Positions 34,383 through 46,735 of a stretch of 64,000 nucleotides of DNA are shown in pieces. Origin of the DNA: Somniosus microcephalus. Taxonomy: Eukaryota. Each line of letters starts with the position of its first letter. The stretch's first letter is position 1. The translations under genes and the position numbers were made by a program. The notes beneath the pieces are model-generated. The model had not been told where the DNA came from. It searched no databases and saw only the letters and a list, made by a program, of their open reading frames with translations. The stretch lies in contig CM126208.1 of NCBI GenBank assembly GCA_052327205.1, positions 36,270,001 through 36,334,000 of the forward strand, given 5' to 3'.

Positions 34383-35071
34383 GGCCTAGAAATTCACTAG
34401 CCTTAGCGCCGCTTTTGAGGCGCTAGAGGGACTAGCGCCAGAGTTATGGCCAGTTGAAAAATTCCCTGGGGCCCTAAAGCGGCGTTGCACCGGTAGCGCT
34501 GCGCCGGCACCGATGACGTCATCGGTGTGCGCAGCGTCCCGATTGCCATGCCGACGGGCCCCAGCGCCGAAATTCAGTTGCGGCCGCCTCGCCCACGGCA
34601 GCCGCAACTAAGACTCTGGCAACAGAGTCCAACATGTGTTTGCGCCGGCGCATTAAAGGCCCCGCGGCGGCCGGCCGCTTTCCCGCCGGCCGCCTGCCCG
34701 CAGCTCCCTCCCCGGACTTCTCCCCCCCCCCCCCCCCCGGAACAGATGCAAGCCCGGCACTTGTCCGAGGTGCCGGGCTCATTTTTAAACAGATTTGCGC
34801 GGGCCGCGGCCAGGTGCAGGCAGCTCCTCCTTAACAGAAGGAGGAGGCCTGCACTTCCCCAGCCTGCCGCACCGCATCGGGTGCCGCAGCGCCGGAATTG
34901 CGGCGCTAAACGGCAGTTAGCGCCCTTTTCCAGGCGCTAAGACCCTTCAGTAGCGCCGGCAGCCGTTTGGGCGCGGCGCTACTGAATTTTTGCCGCGCGC
35001 AGGGGGACTCAGCGCCGGCACTAACTTCCGGCGCTAAAGCCCTGGCTAAGCCAAAACCCAATTTCGAGGCC
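34383..35071. mobile_element. GC-rich Harbinger-like MITE
   Basis: GGCCTAGAAATT...AATTTCGAGGCC TIRs; 3-bp TSD AAA; repeated AGCGCC motifs. Confidence 0.75.
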
Positions 35072-35429
35072 AAAGCCTCCATTAAAATAGCATAGAGACA
35101 AATTTGATGTAAGCTCGCATAGTATTTGTACAATACATTGCTGACACTAACATTTTTCCTCACGTTATGGCAGTTACACAATTGCATTCAATCGTAATGT
35201 ATAAAAATTGTAAATCACTGTAACCTGCTATGTTTCCTATGCATTTCTGTAATTCTTTATTTGAACTGTAATTAGATGTATGTGGTTCTATATTTTATGA
35301 AGGATCTATTTTATTAACTTTATACTATAATTAGTTTCATGTTGTGCGACAGATGTAATCAGCAAAATGATTCAACCAGAAAGGCATTGATTGCTGCAAG
35401 GTAGAAGCTCATGGCTAATGAAGATGATG

Positions 35430-35778
35430 TAATGGCCTTGCCCCTCGCTATCTCTGTAACATCCTCCAGCCTTACAACCCTCCAAAATCTCTGCACTCCT
35501 CCAATTCCCCAATTTTAATTGCTGGACCATTAGCAGCCGTGCCTTCAGCTGCCTAGGCCCTAAGTTGTGGAGTTCCCTCCCTAAACCTCTCCACTTCTCT
35601 ACCTCTCTCCTCCATTAAGACGTTCCTTAAAACTTACCTTTTTGACCAAGCTTTTGGTCACCTATCCTAATATCTCCTTATGTGGCTCAGTGTCAAATTT
35701 TGTTTGACTTTCTGTGAAGTGCCTTGGGATGTTTTACTATGTTAAAGGTGTTATATAAATGCAAGCTGTTGTTGTTCT
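35430..35778 (+). mobile_element. L2 LINE 3' end
   Basis: ctctgtaacatcctccagcc...gttaaaggtgttatataaatgcaag(ttg)n. Confidence 0.75.
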
Positions 35779-36230
35779 AATAAATAAATGCATATCATGA
35801 GATATGAGTGTTTTTATTCGCTATAGTATGAACATATAAAGTATGGAAGATGAAAAGGCCCATCAAGGCCATTCCCTACACAGACCATGTACAATTTGTC
35901 CTATCATAAATGTATTTGACCAACTCTTGACGAGGATGTTCAAGGACAGGTTACAAAGGACTCACCGGGTATGGTGGAAATATTAAGTGAGTACTTATAA
36001 GAACATAAGAACATAAGAAATAGGAGCAGGAGTAGGCCAATCGGCCCCTCGAGCCTGCTCCGCCATTCAATAAGATCATGGCTGATCTGATCCTAACCGC
36101 CAATCCACTATCACAGAACCATCTCCTGAATCTAACAGAATTAGACACACGAAATAGGAGCAGGATCAGGCTACACGGCCCCTGGGCCCGCTCCGCTACC
36201 CACAGGGCCATGACCGATCCAAACCTGGAC

Positions 36231-39182
36231 TCATGTCCAAATTCCTGCCCGCTCCCCGTAACCCTTAATTGCCTTTACTTCTAGGAAACTGTCTATTTCT
36301 GTTTTAAATTTATGTAATGATGTAGCTTCTACAGCTTTTTGGGGCAGCATATTCCACGGACCTACCACCCTCTGAGTGAAGTAGTTCCTCCTCATCTCAG
36401 TCCTGAAAGAGCAGCCCCTTACTCTAAGACTATGCCCCCTAGTTCTAGTTTCACCCATCATCGGGAACATCTTCCCCGCATCCACCCGATCCAACCCCTT
36501 CACAATCTTATATGTTTCAATAAGATCGCCTCTCATTCTTCTGAACTCCAATGAGTAGAGTCCCAATCTACTCAACCTCTCCTCATATGTCCATCCCCTC
36601 ATCCCCGGGATTAACCGAGTGAACCTTCTTTGTACTGACTCGAGAGCAAGTATGTCCTTTCTTAAGTATGGACACCAAAACTGTACGCAGTATTCCAGGT
36701 GCAGTCTCACCAATACCTTGTACAACTGAAGCAATACCTCCCTATTTTTATATTCTATCCCCCTAGCAATGAAAGCCAACATTCCATTGGCCTTCTTAAT
36801 CACTTGCTGCACCTGCATACTAACCTTTTGAGTTTCGTGCACCAGGACCCCCAGATCCCTTTGTACTTCAGTACTTTCCAGTTTCTTGCCATTAAGATAA
36901 TAACTTGCTCTACGATTTTTCCTGCCAAAGTGCATAACCTCACACTTTCCAGTATTGTATTCCATCTGCCAAATCTCTGCCCACTTACTTAGCCTGTCGA
37001 TGTCCCCTTGCAGGTTTTTTATGTCCTCCTCACTCACTACTTTCCCTCCCATCTTAGTATCATCTGCAAACTTTGATATGTTACACTCGGTCCCCTCCTC
37101 CAAATCGTTAATATAGATTGTAAAGAGTTGGGGACCCAGCACTGACCCCTGCGGAACACCACTAGTTACTGATTGCCAGTCTGAGAATGAACCATTTATC
37201 CCAACTCTCTGCCTTCTGTTAGATAGCCAATCCTCTATCCATGCCAGAATATTACCCCCAATCCCGTGATTTTTTATCTTAAGCAATAATCTTTTGTGTG
37301 GCACCTTGTCAAATGCCTTTTGGAAGTCTAAATACACTACGTCCACTGGTTCTCCTTTATCCACCCTATACGTTACTTCCTCAAAGAACTCCAGCAAATT
37401 TGTCAAACATGACTTCCCCTTCATAAAACCATGCTGACTTTGTCCTATTAAATTATGATTATCCAAATGTCCTGTTACTGTCTCTTTAATAATGGACTCC
37501 AAAATTTTACCTACCACAGATGTTAGGCTAACCGGTCTATAGTTTCCAGCCTTCTGTCTACTGCCCTTTTTAAATAAGGGTGTTACATTAGCAGTTTTCC
37601 AGTCTGCCGGGACCTTTGCCGAGTCCAGGGAGTTTTGGAAAATTATTACCAATGCATCCACAATCCCTACCGCCACTTCCCTCAAGACCCTAGGATGTAA
37701 GCCATCAGGTCCAGGTGATTTATCCGCCTTGAGTCCCATTATTTTACCGAGTACCACTTCCTTAGTGATTTTGATCGTGTTTAGCTCCTCCCCCCCTTTA
37801 GCCCCCTGTTTGTCCAGTGTTGGGATATTCTTAGTGTCTTCTACTGTAAAGACTGATGTAAAATATTCATTCAGTGTTTTTGCCATCTCCATATTTCCCA
37901 CCATTAATTTCCCGGTCTCATCCTCTAAGGGACCAACATTTACTTTAGCCACCCTTTTTCTTTTTATATAACTATAAAAACTCTTACTATCTGTTTTTAT
38001 ATTTTTTGCTAATTTACTTTCATAATCTATCTTCCCTTTCTTAATCAATCTTTTTGTTATTTTTTGCTGTCTTTTAAAGTTTTCCCAATCCTCTATCCTC
38101 CCACTAGATTTGGCTACCTTATATGCCCTTGTTTTTAGTCGAATACTATCCTTAATTTCTTTACTTAGCCACGGATGGCTGTCTTTTCTTTTACACCCTT
38201 TTCTTCTCAGTGGAATATATTTTTTTTGGAAGCTGTAAAATAACTCCTTAAATGTACACCACTGGTCATGTATCGTCTTACCCTTTAATCTATTTTCCCA
38301 ATCCACTCCACTCAATTCCGCTCTCATACCTTCATAGTCTCCTTTATTCAAGCTTAGCACTCTTGTTTGAGATCCAACCTTCTCACCCTCTAATTGAATG
38401 TGGAATTCAACCATGTTATGGTCACTCATTCCAAGGGGATCCTTTACTAGGACATTTTTAATTAATCCCGTCTCGTTACACAGGACCAAATCTAAGGTTG
38501 CTTGCCCCCTGGTCGGTTCAGTTACATACTGCTCAAGAAACCCATCCCTAATACACTCAATGAACTCATCCTCAAGGCAGCCCTGCCCAATTTGATTTGT
38601 CCAATTAATATGATAGTTAAAATCCCCCATAATTATAGATGTTCCCTTATTACAAGCCTCAACTATTTCCTGATTGATACTCCGCCCAACAGAGTTGCCA
38701 CTGTTTGGAGGCCTATAGACTAAGCCCACTAGTGTTTTTTTCCCCTTATTATTCCTTACCTCCACCCAAACTGTTTCATTATCCTGATCTTTTGACCCAA
38801 TATCATTTCTCTGTATTACAGTGATTCCTTCCTTTATTAACATAGCCACCCCACCTCCCCTTCCTTCCTGCCTGTCCTTCCTGATCGTTAAATAACCTGG
38901 TATGTTTAATTCCCAGGCATTGTCACCCTGCAGCCATGTTTCTGTAATGGCCACAAGATCATACCCATATGTAGTTATTTGTGCCATTAACTCGTCTATT
39001 TTGTTACGAATGCTACGTGCATTCAGATAGAGAACTTTCAAAGATGTTTTGTGACACTTAATTCCTGCTTTTGCCCTTTTTATTACTTTACCTTTTACTC
39101 CATACCTTCTGCCCCTTCCTGACACGCTCTGGTTTTTAATTTCCCCACTGCTACCTAAGTCTATGACCTTCTCTGTTGTCAT
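36231..39182 (-). CDS. CR1 ORF2 (APE endonuclease and reverse transcriptase)
   Basis: YLNARSI, ITETW, YRPP, GDFN, LDL, SDH; PGPDG, DFQKAFD, PQGSVLGP, FADD; no stops. Confidence 0.95.
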   Translation of the reverse strand: MTTEKVIDLGSSGEIKNQSVSGRGRRYGVKGKVIKRAKAGIKCHKTSLKVLYLNARSIRNKIDELMAQITTYGYDLVAITETWLQGDNAWELNIPGYLTIRKDRQEGRGGGVAMLIKEGITVIQRNDIGSKDQDNETVWVEVRNNKGKKTLVGLVYRPPNSGNSVGRSINQEIVEACNKGTSIIMGDFNYHINWTNQIGQGCLEDEFIECIRDGFLEQYVTEPTRGQATLDLVLCNETGLIKNVLVKDPLGMSDHNMVEFHIQLEGEKVGSQTRVLSLNKGDYEGMRAELSGVDWENRLKGKTIHDQWCTFKELFYSFQKKYIPLRRKGCKRKDSHPWLSKEIKDSIRLKTRAYKVAKSSGRIEDWENFKRQQKITKRLIKKGKIDYESKLAKNIKTDSKSFYSYIKRKRVAKVNVGPLEDETGKLMVGNMEMAKTLNEYFTSVFTVEDTKNIPTLDKQGAKGGEELNTIKITKEVVLGKIMGLKADKSPGPDGLHPRVLREVAVGIVDALVIIFQNSLDSAKVPADWKTANVTPLFKKGSRQKAGNYRPVSLTSVVGKILESIIKETVTGHLDNHNLIGQSQHGFMKGKSCLTNLLEFFEEVTYRVDKGEPVDVVYLDFQKAFDKVPHKRLLLKIKNHGIGGNILAWIEDWLSNRRQRVGINGSFSDWQSVTSGVPQGSVLGPQLFTIYINDLEEGTECNISKFADDTKMGGKVVSEEDIKNLQGDIDRLSKWAEIWQMEYNTGKCEVMHFGRKNRRASYYLNGKKLESTEVQRDLGVLVHETQKVSMQVQQVIKKANGMLAFIARGIEYKNREVLLQLYKVLVRLHLEYCVQFWCPYLRKDILALESVQRRFTRLIPGMRGWTYEERLSRLGLYSLEFRRMRGDLIETYKIVKGLDRVDAGKMFPMMGETRTRGHSLRVRGCSFRTEMRRNYFTQRVVGPWNMLPQKAVEATSLHKFKTEIDSFLEVKAIKGYGERAGIWT

Positions 39183-39220
39183 TTTTATTATTTGCTCTCT
39201 AGGAACCTCCCCCCCACTAG

Positions 39221-39678
39221 TTAGTTTAAAGCCCTCTCTACAGCCCTAGTTATATGATCCGCAAGGACTCTAGTCCCAGCACTGGCCAAGTGAAGCCCGT
39301 CCCAACGGAACAGCTCCCTCCTGCCCCAGTACTGGTGCCAGTGTCCCAGGAAGCAAAACCCATTTCTCCCACACCAGTCTTTGAACCACGCATTTAACTC
39401 TCTAATTTTATTTGTCCTAGCCAAATTCGCTCGTGGCTCAGGTAGAGATTATTACCCTTGTGGTTCTGCTTTTTAATTTGGCCCCTAGCTGCTCAAACTC
39501 CCTCAGCAGAACCTCCTTCCTTGTCCTATCTATGTCGTTGGTACCAACATGGACCACGACAACTGGATCCTCCCCCTCCCACTCCAAGTTTCTCTCCAGT
39601 CCAGAGGAGATGTCCTTAACCCTGGCACCGGGCAGGCAACACAGCCTTCGGGACTCTCGCTCTCGGCTGCAAAGAACT
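39221..39678 (-). pseudogene. CR1 ORF1 esterase domain fragment
   Basis: CCLPGARV, VHVGTND, DGLHL; frameshifted and 5'-truncated. Confidence 0.85.
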
Positions 39679-41520
39679 CTACTTTGCATCGGTCTTCACT
39701 CTTGAAGATGATGCTCGACTATTAGAATTGAATAATTTTAATAACAAAACTAGTAATATTAAATATGATGAACATATTGTTTTAGATCGAATTAAGAACT
39801 TGAAAATAGATAGAGCAGCCTGACCAGATGATATCCACCCGTGGGTCCTCAGGGAGATGGGACATGTGCTGTTCAAGCCCCCAGCCTGTATTTTTAATAG
39901 CTCACTGCACTCTGGAATGGTTCCTATAGACTGGAAGGAGACTAATGTAGTCCCCATCTTTAAAAAAAAAGGTGACAAGATGGACCTGGGTAACTATAGG
40001 CCCATTAGTATAACATCAGTAATAGGCAAGATGCTTGAGGGAATCATTAGGGATGCAATATATGATTGCTTGGATAGAGAGGGACATATTAGGGACACCC
40101 AACACAGCTTTATAAAAAGGAAGTCATGTCTTACAAATCTATTTGTATTTTTTGAAGAAGTTACGAAGATGGTGGATGAGGGAAGCCCAGTAGACATTGT
40201 CTACTTAGACTTCCAAAAAGCTTTTGATAAGGTACCGCTCAAGAGGCTGCTCTACAAGATTAAAGTCTCTGGTATTAATGGTAATATATTGAGCTGGATT
40301 GAGAAATGGCTGGCAGGACGTAGACAAAATGTAGTTATAGATGGATTTGGATCTGTTTGGAGACCGGTCACCAGTGGTGTCCCGCAGGGATCGGTGTTGC
40401 GACCATTGCTCTTTACTATTTTTATTAATGATCTGAATGTAGGTGTTGGCAGCACGATCTGTAAATTTGCTACTACATATGAAGATCTGTGCGAATGTTA
40501 GGACTGTAGACAATGCTTGACTGCTTCTGATTGGAAGATTGGGCTCATGGCTTGCAAATGATGTTTAATTTGGAAAAATGCAGTGTTATGCATATGGGCA
40601 GGGCAAATGCTCAATATTCATACACCTTTCAGGAAAAAGCATTAAAGATGGTGGAGAAAGAAAGAGATCTGGACATTCTAGTGCATAGATCTCTAAAGGA
40701 ACATGGGCAATGCCATGAAGCAATAACTAGAGAGAATAGGGTGTTGGGATGCATTCATAGGACAATTGAGTGTAAGATGAGGCATACTATTTTGTCCTTG
40801 TACAAGACCTTGGTCAGGCCTCACTTGGAATACTGAGCCCAGTTTTGGTCTCCTCACACAGTGGGTGATATTGGGGCTTTGGGAAGGGTGAAGAGGAGGA
40901 GCCACTGGACTAATTCCCAGTCTAAAGCATCTTAGTTATCAAGATATAGGCTAAAAGAGTTGGGACTCTACACTTTAGAGAAGCGTAGACTTAGGGGTGA
41001 TCTGACTGAGGTTTATAAGATGATAGATTGTGTTCCAGTTGACCATTGGTTCCAATTAAATAGGTTAGGGAGGGCCAGAGGTCACAATTTTAAGTTGTGT
41101 AAGCCCAGATCTAGGTTAGATGTCAGGAGGTGGTTCTTTTCCCGGAGAATAGTGGACCTCTGGAACAGGCTGCCATCTCGTGCGGTGGACGCCGATTCGG
41201 TGATTTCCTTCAAACGAGAGCTGGACCTGTTTCTGGTTGGGGTGGAGATCACCTCTTACAGAAGGTTGGTACTGCAAAGAATTCAGGGCCAGAGTGATGA
41301 TCTGGACTAGTTTTGATCGCCTAGATGGGTCGGAGAGGAACTTTCCAAATTTATTTCCCCCCAAATTAGCCTGGGTTTTTAATCTGGTTTCTCGCCTCGC
41401 CCAGGAGATCACATGGTTTCAGGTGTGGTGGGGAGTGTATATATTGTGACACACAAGGTATTACAATTGTGCAGGACAGCTTGGATGGACCAGAGGGTCT
41501 TTACCTGTCCGTCATTCACT
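39679..41520 (+). mobile_element. CR1 LINE of a different subfamily, 5'-truncated, degraded
   Basis: [31 protein letters not shown]; longer 3' UTR. Confidence 0.88.
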
Positions 41521-41996
41521 TTTGAACCTCCAAAACATAACATTTTGTTAAATTTCTGCCTGATCCCCCAAAAGCAATCAAGCAATACTCCAGAATATTA
41601 ATCCAGCCTTACAACCCATGCTTACAACTGTTGCCAGTGGCATTCACAAATGATTTATTCATGGTTACAGCAGTATATGAAGTGTCACAGTCCATACTGC
41701 ATTTGATATTTGATGTCGAAACACATTCTTATCACCTTTGAACGTGTCTACCCAGACCCTTATGCTTTTTTAAGGAGTTGATTGATGCGTTGTCTACTTT
41801 CTTCCATGCTCCTATATGGGGAAAACATCTGATAGTCTCTAGACTAGCTTGAGGCTTTTATGTTGTCCAGGGGGGTCTCAGCAGAAGGGCACTCATAGAA
41901 ACATAGAAGATAGGAGCAGGAGTAGGCCATTTGGCCCCTCGAGCCTGTTCCGCCATTTAATGAGATCATGGCTGATCATCCAAATTCAGTACCCTG

Positions 41997-42222
41997 TGAC
42001 ATGAATCAGTCATTCATGAAAGAAAGACATATGAAATAATACTGAGCGGCCTACGGGTGGCGCTGTCCAGGGAGAGTATAAATACTCGGGCACGGGCCCA
42101 GCTTGCGCATGACATTCTTAACAGGAACTACTGAAGGACACAACTAGACCTCCATGTTGTAAAACAGTTGATTAAAGCTTTGTTTAACGCTTAGACCAAG
42201 TGCCTAGTAGTTTCTTATGTCA
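41997..42222 (+). mobile_element. Solo LTR
   Basis: TG...CA, TATAAA, ATTAAA; TSD CCCTG; inserted in a CR1 tail. Confidence 0.85.
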
Positions 42223-42652
42223 CCCTGTCCCTGCTTTCTCCCCATATCCCTTGATCCCTTTAGCCTTAAGAAATATATCTAACTCCTTCTTGAATATATT
42301 TAATGAATGAATTGGCCTCAACTGCCTTGTGTGGTAGAGAATTCCACAGGTTCGAACAGAGATCTGTGACCGCTGTGCACCGCTTTACCTGGTGCTGCCA
42401 CTCCGCAGAAGCCTTACTGGAATCCGTAGATGCCACAGGTGAAAGGGAGGAAATACAGCTCTGCGGGTTTATATTTAAGTGGAGATGTGCTCGTAGCTTG
42501 GGGGAACCATGAAAATGTGAGTCTCTGATATTGCTGGATTCCCAGAATTTGCCCGTTTCTTTTTTATTACAAAATAAGTGTCACTGACTGTGGAAGTAGC
42601 ATGTGTCTGCTGTCAATGACACTCACTTAACGTAAAGTGCCTTTACCGTCCT

Positions 42653-43390
42653 AGGCCCTGATATTTCTGGGGAGGCAGGGAGGGAGATGGGCAGCGTGTT
42701 TGCGGGGGAGAAACCTTGAAATCATGGGAACACAGAGGTTCCCCCCAAATTTAACGGCAGTACACCTCATTATCACTTTTTACTCCGTTTTCTGCCTGGC
42801 AGCTGGTCAGATGGTCAGGCTGGCCAGCTGCTGGGTGGGACAGCCAGCGGTAGAAGGGTACGGTCCCTGGCAATCGGCAAAGATCGCGGGGTTGGGGGGT
42901 GTCGGACTGGCAATCGGGAGGGTGGGGGGGTGGCCAGGAGAGAGTGCGGGTTTGGAGGGGGGGGGCGGCGGTTCGGCAAACTGCGGCAGGAGATTTGCTT
43001 GAGGGGCGGGGGAGGGGGAAGGGGGAAGCGCTCCTGGCCCACAAGTAGTGCAATAAAAAGCACTTACCTGCTGGATCCGGCTGATCGCATCTCTCTTTAG
43101 CTGCCGGGTTTCCCGAGTCCTGGGAAACCCACGCAGGAAGCATTAAATTGAAATCGCTGCCAAAATATCAAGAACGGGGCCTCATTTACATATTATAATT
43201 ACAGACCCGCCTCTCCAGAGCGGGTTACTTGGATGCCCTGATACCCGAGGCAAACGAGCCTGCTTACGTTTTAACCACAATGAGTTTCAGGGCGTCTGGG
43301 TCGGGTTTTGCAAATTTGCCAATTTAATGCCCCCCCCAACCCTCTTTCATCTATCATGGGGAGCCGGGGGGGTTGTTAAAATTCCCCCCT
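42653..43390. mobile_element. Harbinger-like non-autonomous element
   Basis: ggccctgatattt...aaaattccccc degenerate ends; GC-rich; resembles other MITEs in the window. Confidence 0.45.
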
Positions 43391-43630
43391 AATGTCTAGA
43401 ATGATCATAATCCATCTTCTTTGAATTCCCTACCATATGTTAATCAATGAGCGTTAATGTCTTTTATCTCGCACTGGTCTGTCACCTCAGGCATCATGCA
43501 CACACGTTTCTGTGTCACACTTTTAAAAAAGTAGAAGGGAAGCCAGTCATTTCCTGTTGATCATCATAGAAATTTACAGCACGGAAGGAGGCCATTCGAC
43601 CCATTTTGCCCGTGCCGGCCGAAAAAGAGC

Positions 43631-43857
43631 TGACATGAATCAGTCATTCATGAAAGAAAAACTTATGAAATAATACTGAGCGGCCTACGGGTGGCGCTGT
43701 CCAGGGAGAGTATAAATACTCGGGCACGGGCCCAGCTTGCGCAGGACATTCTTAACAGGAACTAGTGAAGGACACAACTAGACCGCCATGTTATAAAACA
43801 CTTGATTAAAGCTTTGTTTAACGCTTAGACCAAGTGCCTAGTAGTTTTCTTACATCA
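43631..43857 (+). mobile_element. Solo LTR, same family as 41997-42222
   Basis: TG...CA; TSD AGAGC. Confidence 0.85.
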
Positions 43858-44569
43858 AGAGCTATCCAGCCTAATCCCACTTTCCAGCTCTTGGTCTGTA
43901 GCCTTGTAGGTTGCAGCACTTCAAGTGCATATCCAAGTACTTTTTAAATGCGATGAGGGTTTCTGCCTCTACCACCCATTCAGGCAGCGAGTTCCAGACC
44001 CCCCACTTCCCTCTGGGTGAAAAAAGTTCTCGCCACCTGCCCTTTAATTTCCGCCGCCGCTGCCACAAAGACGCCACCCTGACCCTGTCGGACATATCGT
44101 CTGGCGGTAGGTGAGGGGGCGCAACTGAAGTTTGTGGCCGGGGCGTGAGCGGGATGCGGCGCACGGCGATGCCGTCATCGCCAGAGGCACAGCGCCACGG
44201 GGCAATACCGGCTACCGCCACCGCTAACCTCCCGCTGAATTTCACGGGAGGTGTTAGCAGCACCGCACCCGGCGCTAGGGGCTTTGCGCCCCATTAGCAA
44301 CCCCCCCCCCTCTGCCGGGGCGCTAATTTTTCCCCCCAATTGTTTGAGGTTTGCTGTTTTCTCACAATCAATAAGTGAAATTGAAAAATCCACTGTGCTT
44401 CAACTATCTGCGATGTGAATCAGCTTAATAAAAATATACCCAATCCAATGAATTGAATAACTTTGTCAAAAACTTTGTGTTTTTCAATATCTAAAGTGTG
44501 CTGAGCTGTGGAAGATTATTAATAATCATACCAATAATATATATGTACACCTATGATGTAAGACATATT

Positions 44570-45340
44570 GGGGGTTATTTTGGTGAAAGAGTGAAAATGG
44601 GTGCTAAATGGGTGCTGTGCTAATAAGACAGGACTGTTTGAAACTCTGGTTTTAGCACGCAATTTTGGTCCTAATTGCTGATTACCATAATTTGAACTTG
44701 CCTCGAGGTGCTACGAGAGACAGCAGCAGGTTTAGCACTCAAGTGCTGATTAGAAACAATTGTCATGGAGCAGTATATGTGGGCTCCACGCTCCCTGAAG
44801 CTGTAAAGTGCATTGGCTGACACACAGCGGCAGGTTTCAAGACGGCTTAGGTACCGAGGGAGAGGGTGCCCAGGTTCTTGTACGCGGCACTGGAAGTCCT
44901 GGCAGAGGAGGGATATCCTGTACCCGCAGTGGGGAAAGAGTCCACCTCGCCCTCCTGTCCCTCTCTCCTGCAGCAGCTGGTGCTGCTCTGCCTGGCCTCA
45001 TCGCCTCCTCCCCCCATTCCTCCTGCAGACCAAGGGGGACCTCTAGCAAGATGCCCTTGACCTAGCACTCCCTTTCCCCTGGTGACTCCTATAAGGAGTT
45101 CAATAAGGTAGAGTAGCACAGCACTCACGCTTTTTAGATGACTTCCTCAGAGAATTTCTGGAATAAATATTGATAGAATGTCGGTGAAGTCTTGACAAAG
45201 TGTCTCAGAAAGTCTCCCGATGTGTTTCAAATGTCCTCTTCAAACTTCCAGCAGCAAGTGAACAGTAATGGGTGATATGCCTTTAAGTAGCGCTGGAAAT
45301 CCTCTGCAACACCGTGTTTATTCCCAATCAGCTGGTCGTT
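44570..45340 (+). mobile_element. Degraded Harbinger with Myb/SANT remnant
   Basis: PRFLYAALEVLAEE / RRDILYP fragments at about 44860-44925. Confidence 0.45.
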
Positions 45341-45353
45341 GTTAGGAGAGGGT

Positions 45354-45602
45354 TGATATGCCATCAATGACTCAAAGACAAGGATTCAACTGAAGGCTTT
45401 TAATCACTAAGAACATAGCAGCATAGCAGGTCTTCCCACATCGGGTTCGTCTGGTAGTGAGTGACTCATGCAGCTCCTGAGACCTTTATATGGCAAAAGA
45501 CAGGGGCGTAGCCAATACACACAATAGGAACAAAAGGGTGCGGTTCACACAATACAAGCAGGTAAAATACAAGCAGGTCTGATGAAGGCATATTTCATCA
45601 CA
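45354..45602 (-). mobile_element. Solo LTR, second family
   Basis: TG...CA; TSD AGGGT; TATAAA and ATTAAA on minus strand. Confidence 0.75.
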
Positions 45603-45809
45603 AGGGTGTTAGGTCTAGTGCTAGCCATTAAATGCCCTCTCCCTCCCCGCCCCCCCCACCCCCCCCCGCTGCGATGACCCTCTCGCCCCGGCCCCGCCCT
45701 CCCGCTCGGACCTATCCATGCTCACTCTCTCTCTCTCTTGCTGTTGCCAGTATCTGGATCTTCTGCTGAAGCAGATCCAGGACATTGTTGAAAAACAAAA
45801 TTCAAAATT

Positions 45810-46735
45810 TTGTATGTTTCAATGCGATCACCTCTCATTCTTCTAAACTCTAGAGAATATAGGCCTAGTCTACTCAATCTGTCCTCATAGGACAATCCCC
45901 CCCATCCCAGGAATCAGTCTGGTGAACCTTTGTTGCACTCCCTCTATGTCAAGTATATCCTTCCTTAGGTAAGGAGACCAAAACTGTACACAATACTCCA
46001 GGTGTGGTCCCACCAGGGCCCTATATAATTGCAGTAAGACGTCTTTACTATTATACTCAAATCCTCTTGTAATAAAGGCCAACATACCATTTGCTTTCCT
46101 AATTGCTTGCTGTACCTGCATATTAACTTTCAGTGATTCGTGTACAAGGACACCCAGATCCCTCTGAACACCAACATTTCCCAATCTTTCACCATTTAAA
46201 AAAAACTCTGCTTTTCTATTTTTCCTACCAAAGTGGATAACTTCACATTTCTCCACATTATATTCCATTTGCCATGTTCTTGCCCACTCACTTAGTCTGT
46301 CTATATCCCCTTGAAGCCTCTTTGCATCCTCCTCACAACTTACATTCCCACCTAGCTTTGTATCATCAGCAAACTTGGATGTATTACATTTGGACCCTCA
46401 TCCAAATCATTGATATAGATTGTGAATAGCTGAGGCCCAAGCATTGATCCTTGCGGTACCCCACTAGTTACAGCCTGCCAACCCAAAAATGGCCCGTTTA
46501 TTCCTACTCTCTGTTTTCTGTCCGTTGAACAATCCTCAATCCATGCTAGTATATTACCCCCAATCCCATGAGCCCTAATTTTGTTTAATAACCTCTTGTG
46601 TGGCACCTTATCGAATGCCTTCTGAAAATCCAAATACACCACATCCACTGGTTCCCCCTTATCTATTCTGCTAGTTACAACCTCAAAAAACTCTAACAGA
46701 TTCGTCAAACACGATTTCCCTTTCATAATTCCGTG
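45810..46735 (-). mobile_element. CR1 RT fragment
   Basis: [14 protein letters not shown]...HLEYCVQFWSP. Confidence 0.9.

Larger units (their letters stand above)
35997..39678 (-). mobile_element. CR1 LINE with intact ORF2 and partial ORF1
   Basis: 983-aa ORF2, SGNH-esterase ORF1 pieces, (ttatgttc)n 3' tail. Confidence 0.95.

Noticed and set aside
34383-35071. CpG island with several ORFs as a gene promoter
   Set aside because: Bounded by TIRs and a 3-bp TSD, so it is a MITE; the ORFs are GC-content artefacts
41997-43857. Two same-orientation LTRs 1.4 kb apart as one TRIM/LTR element
   Set aside because: Each has its own TSD (CCCTG, AGAGC); no PBS or PPT; the interior is unrelated repeats
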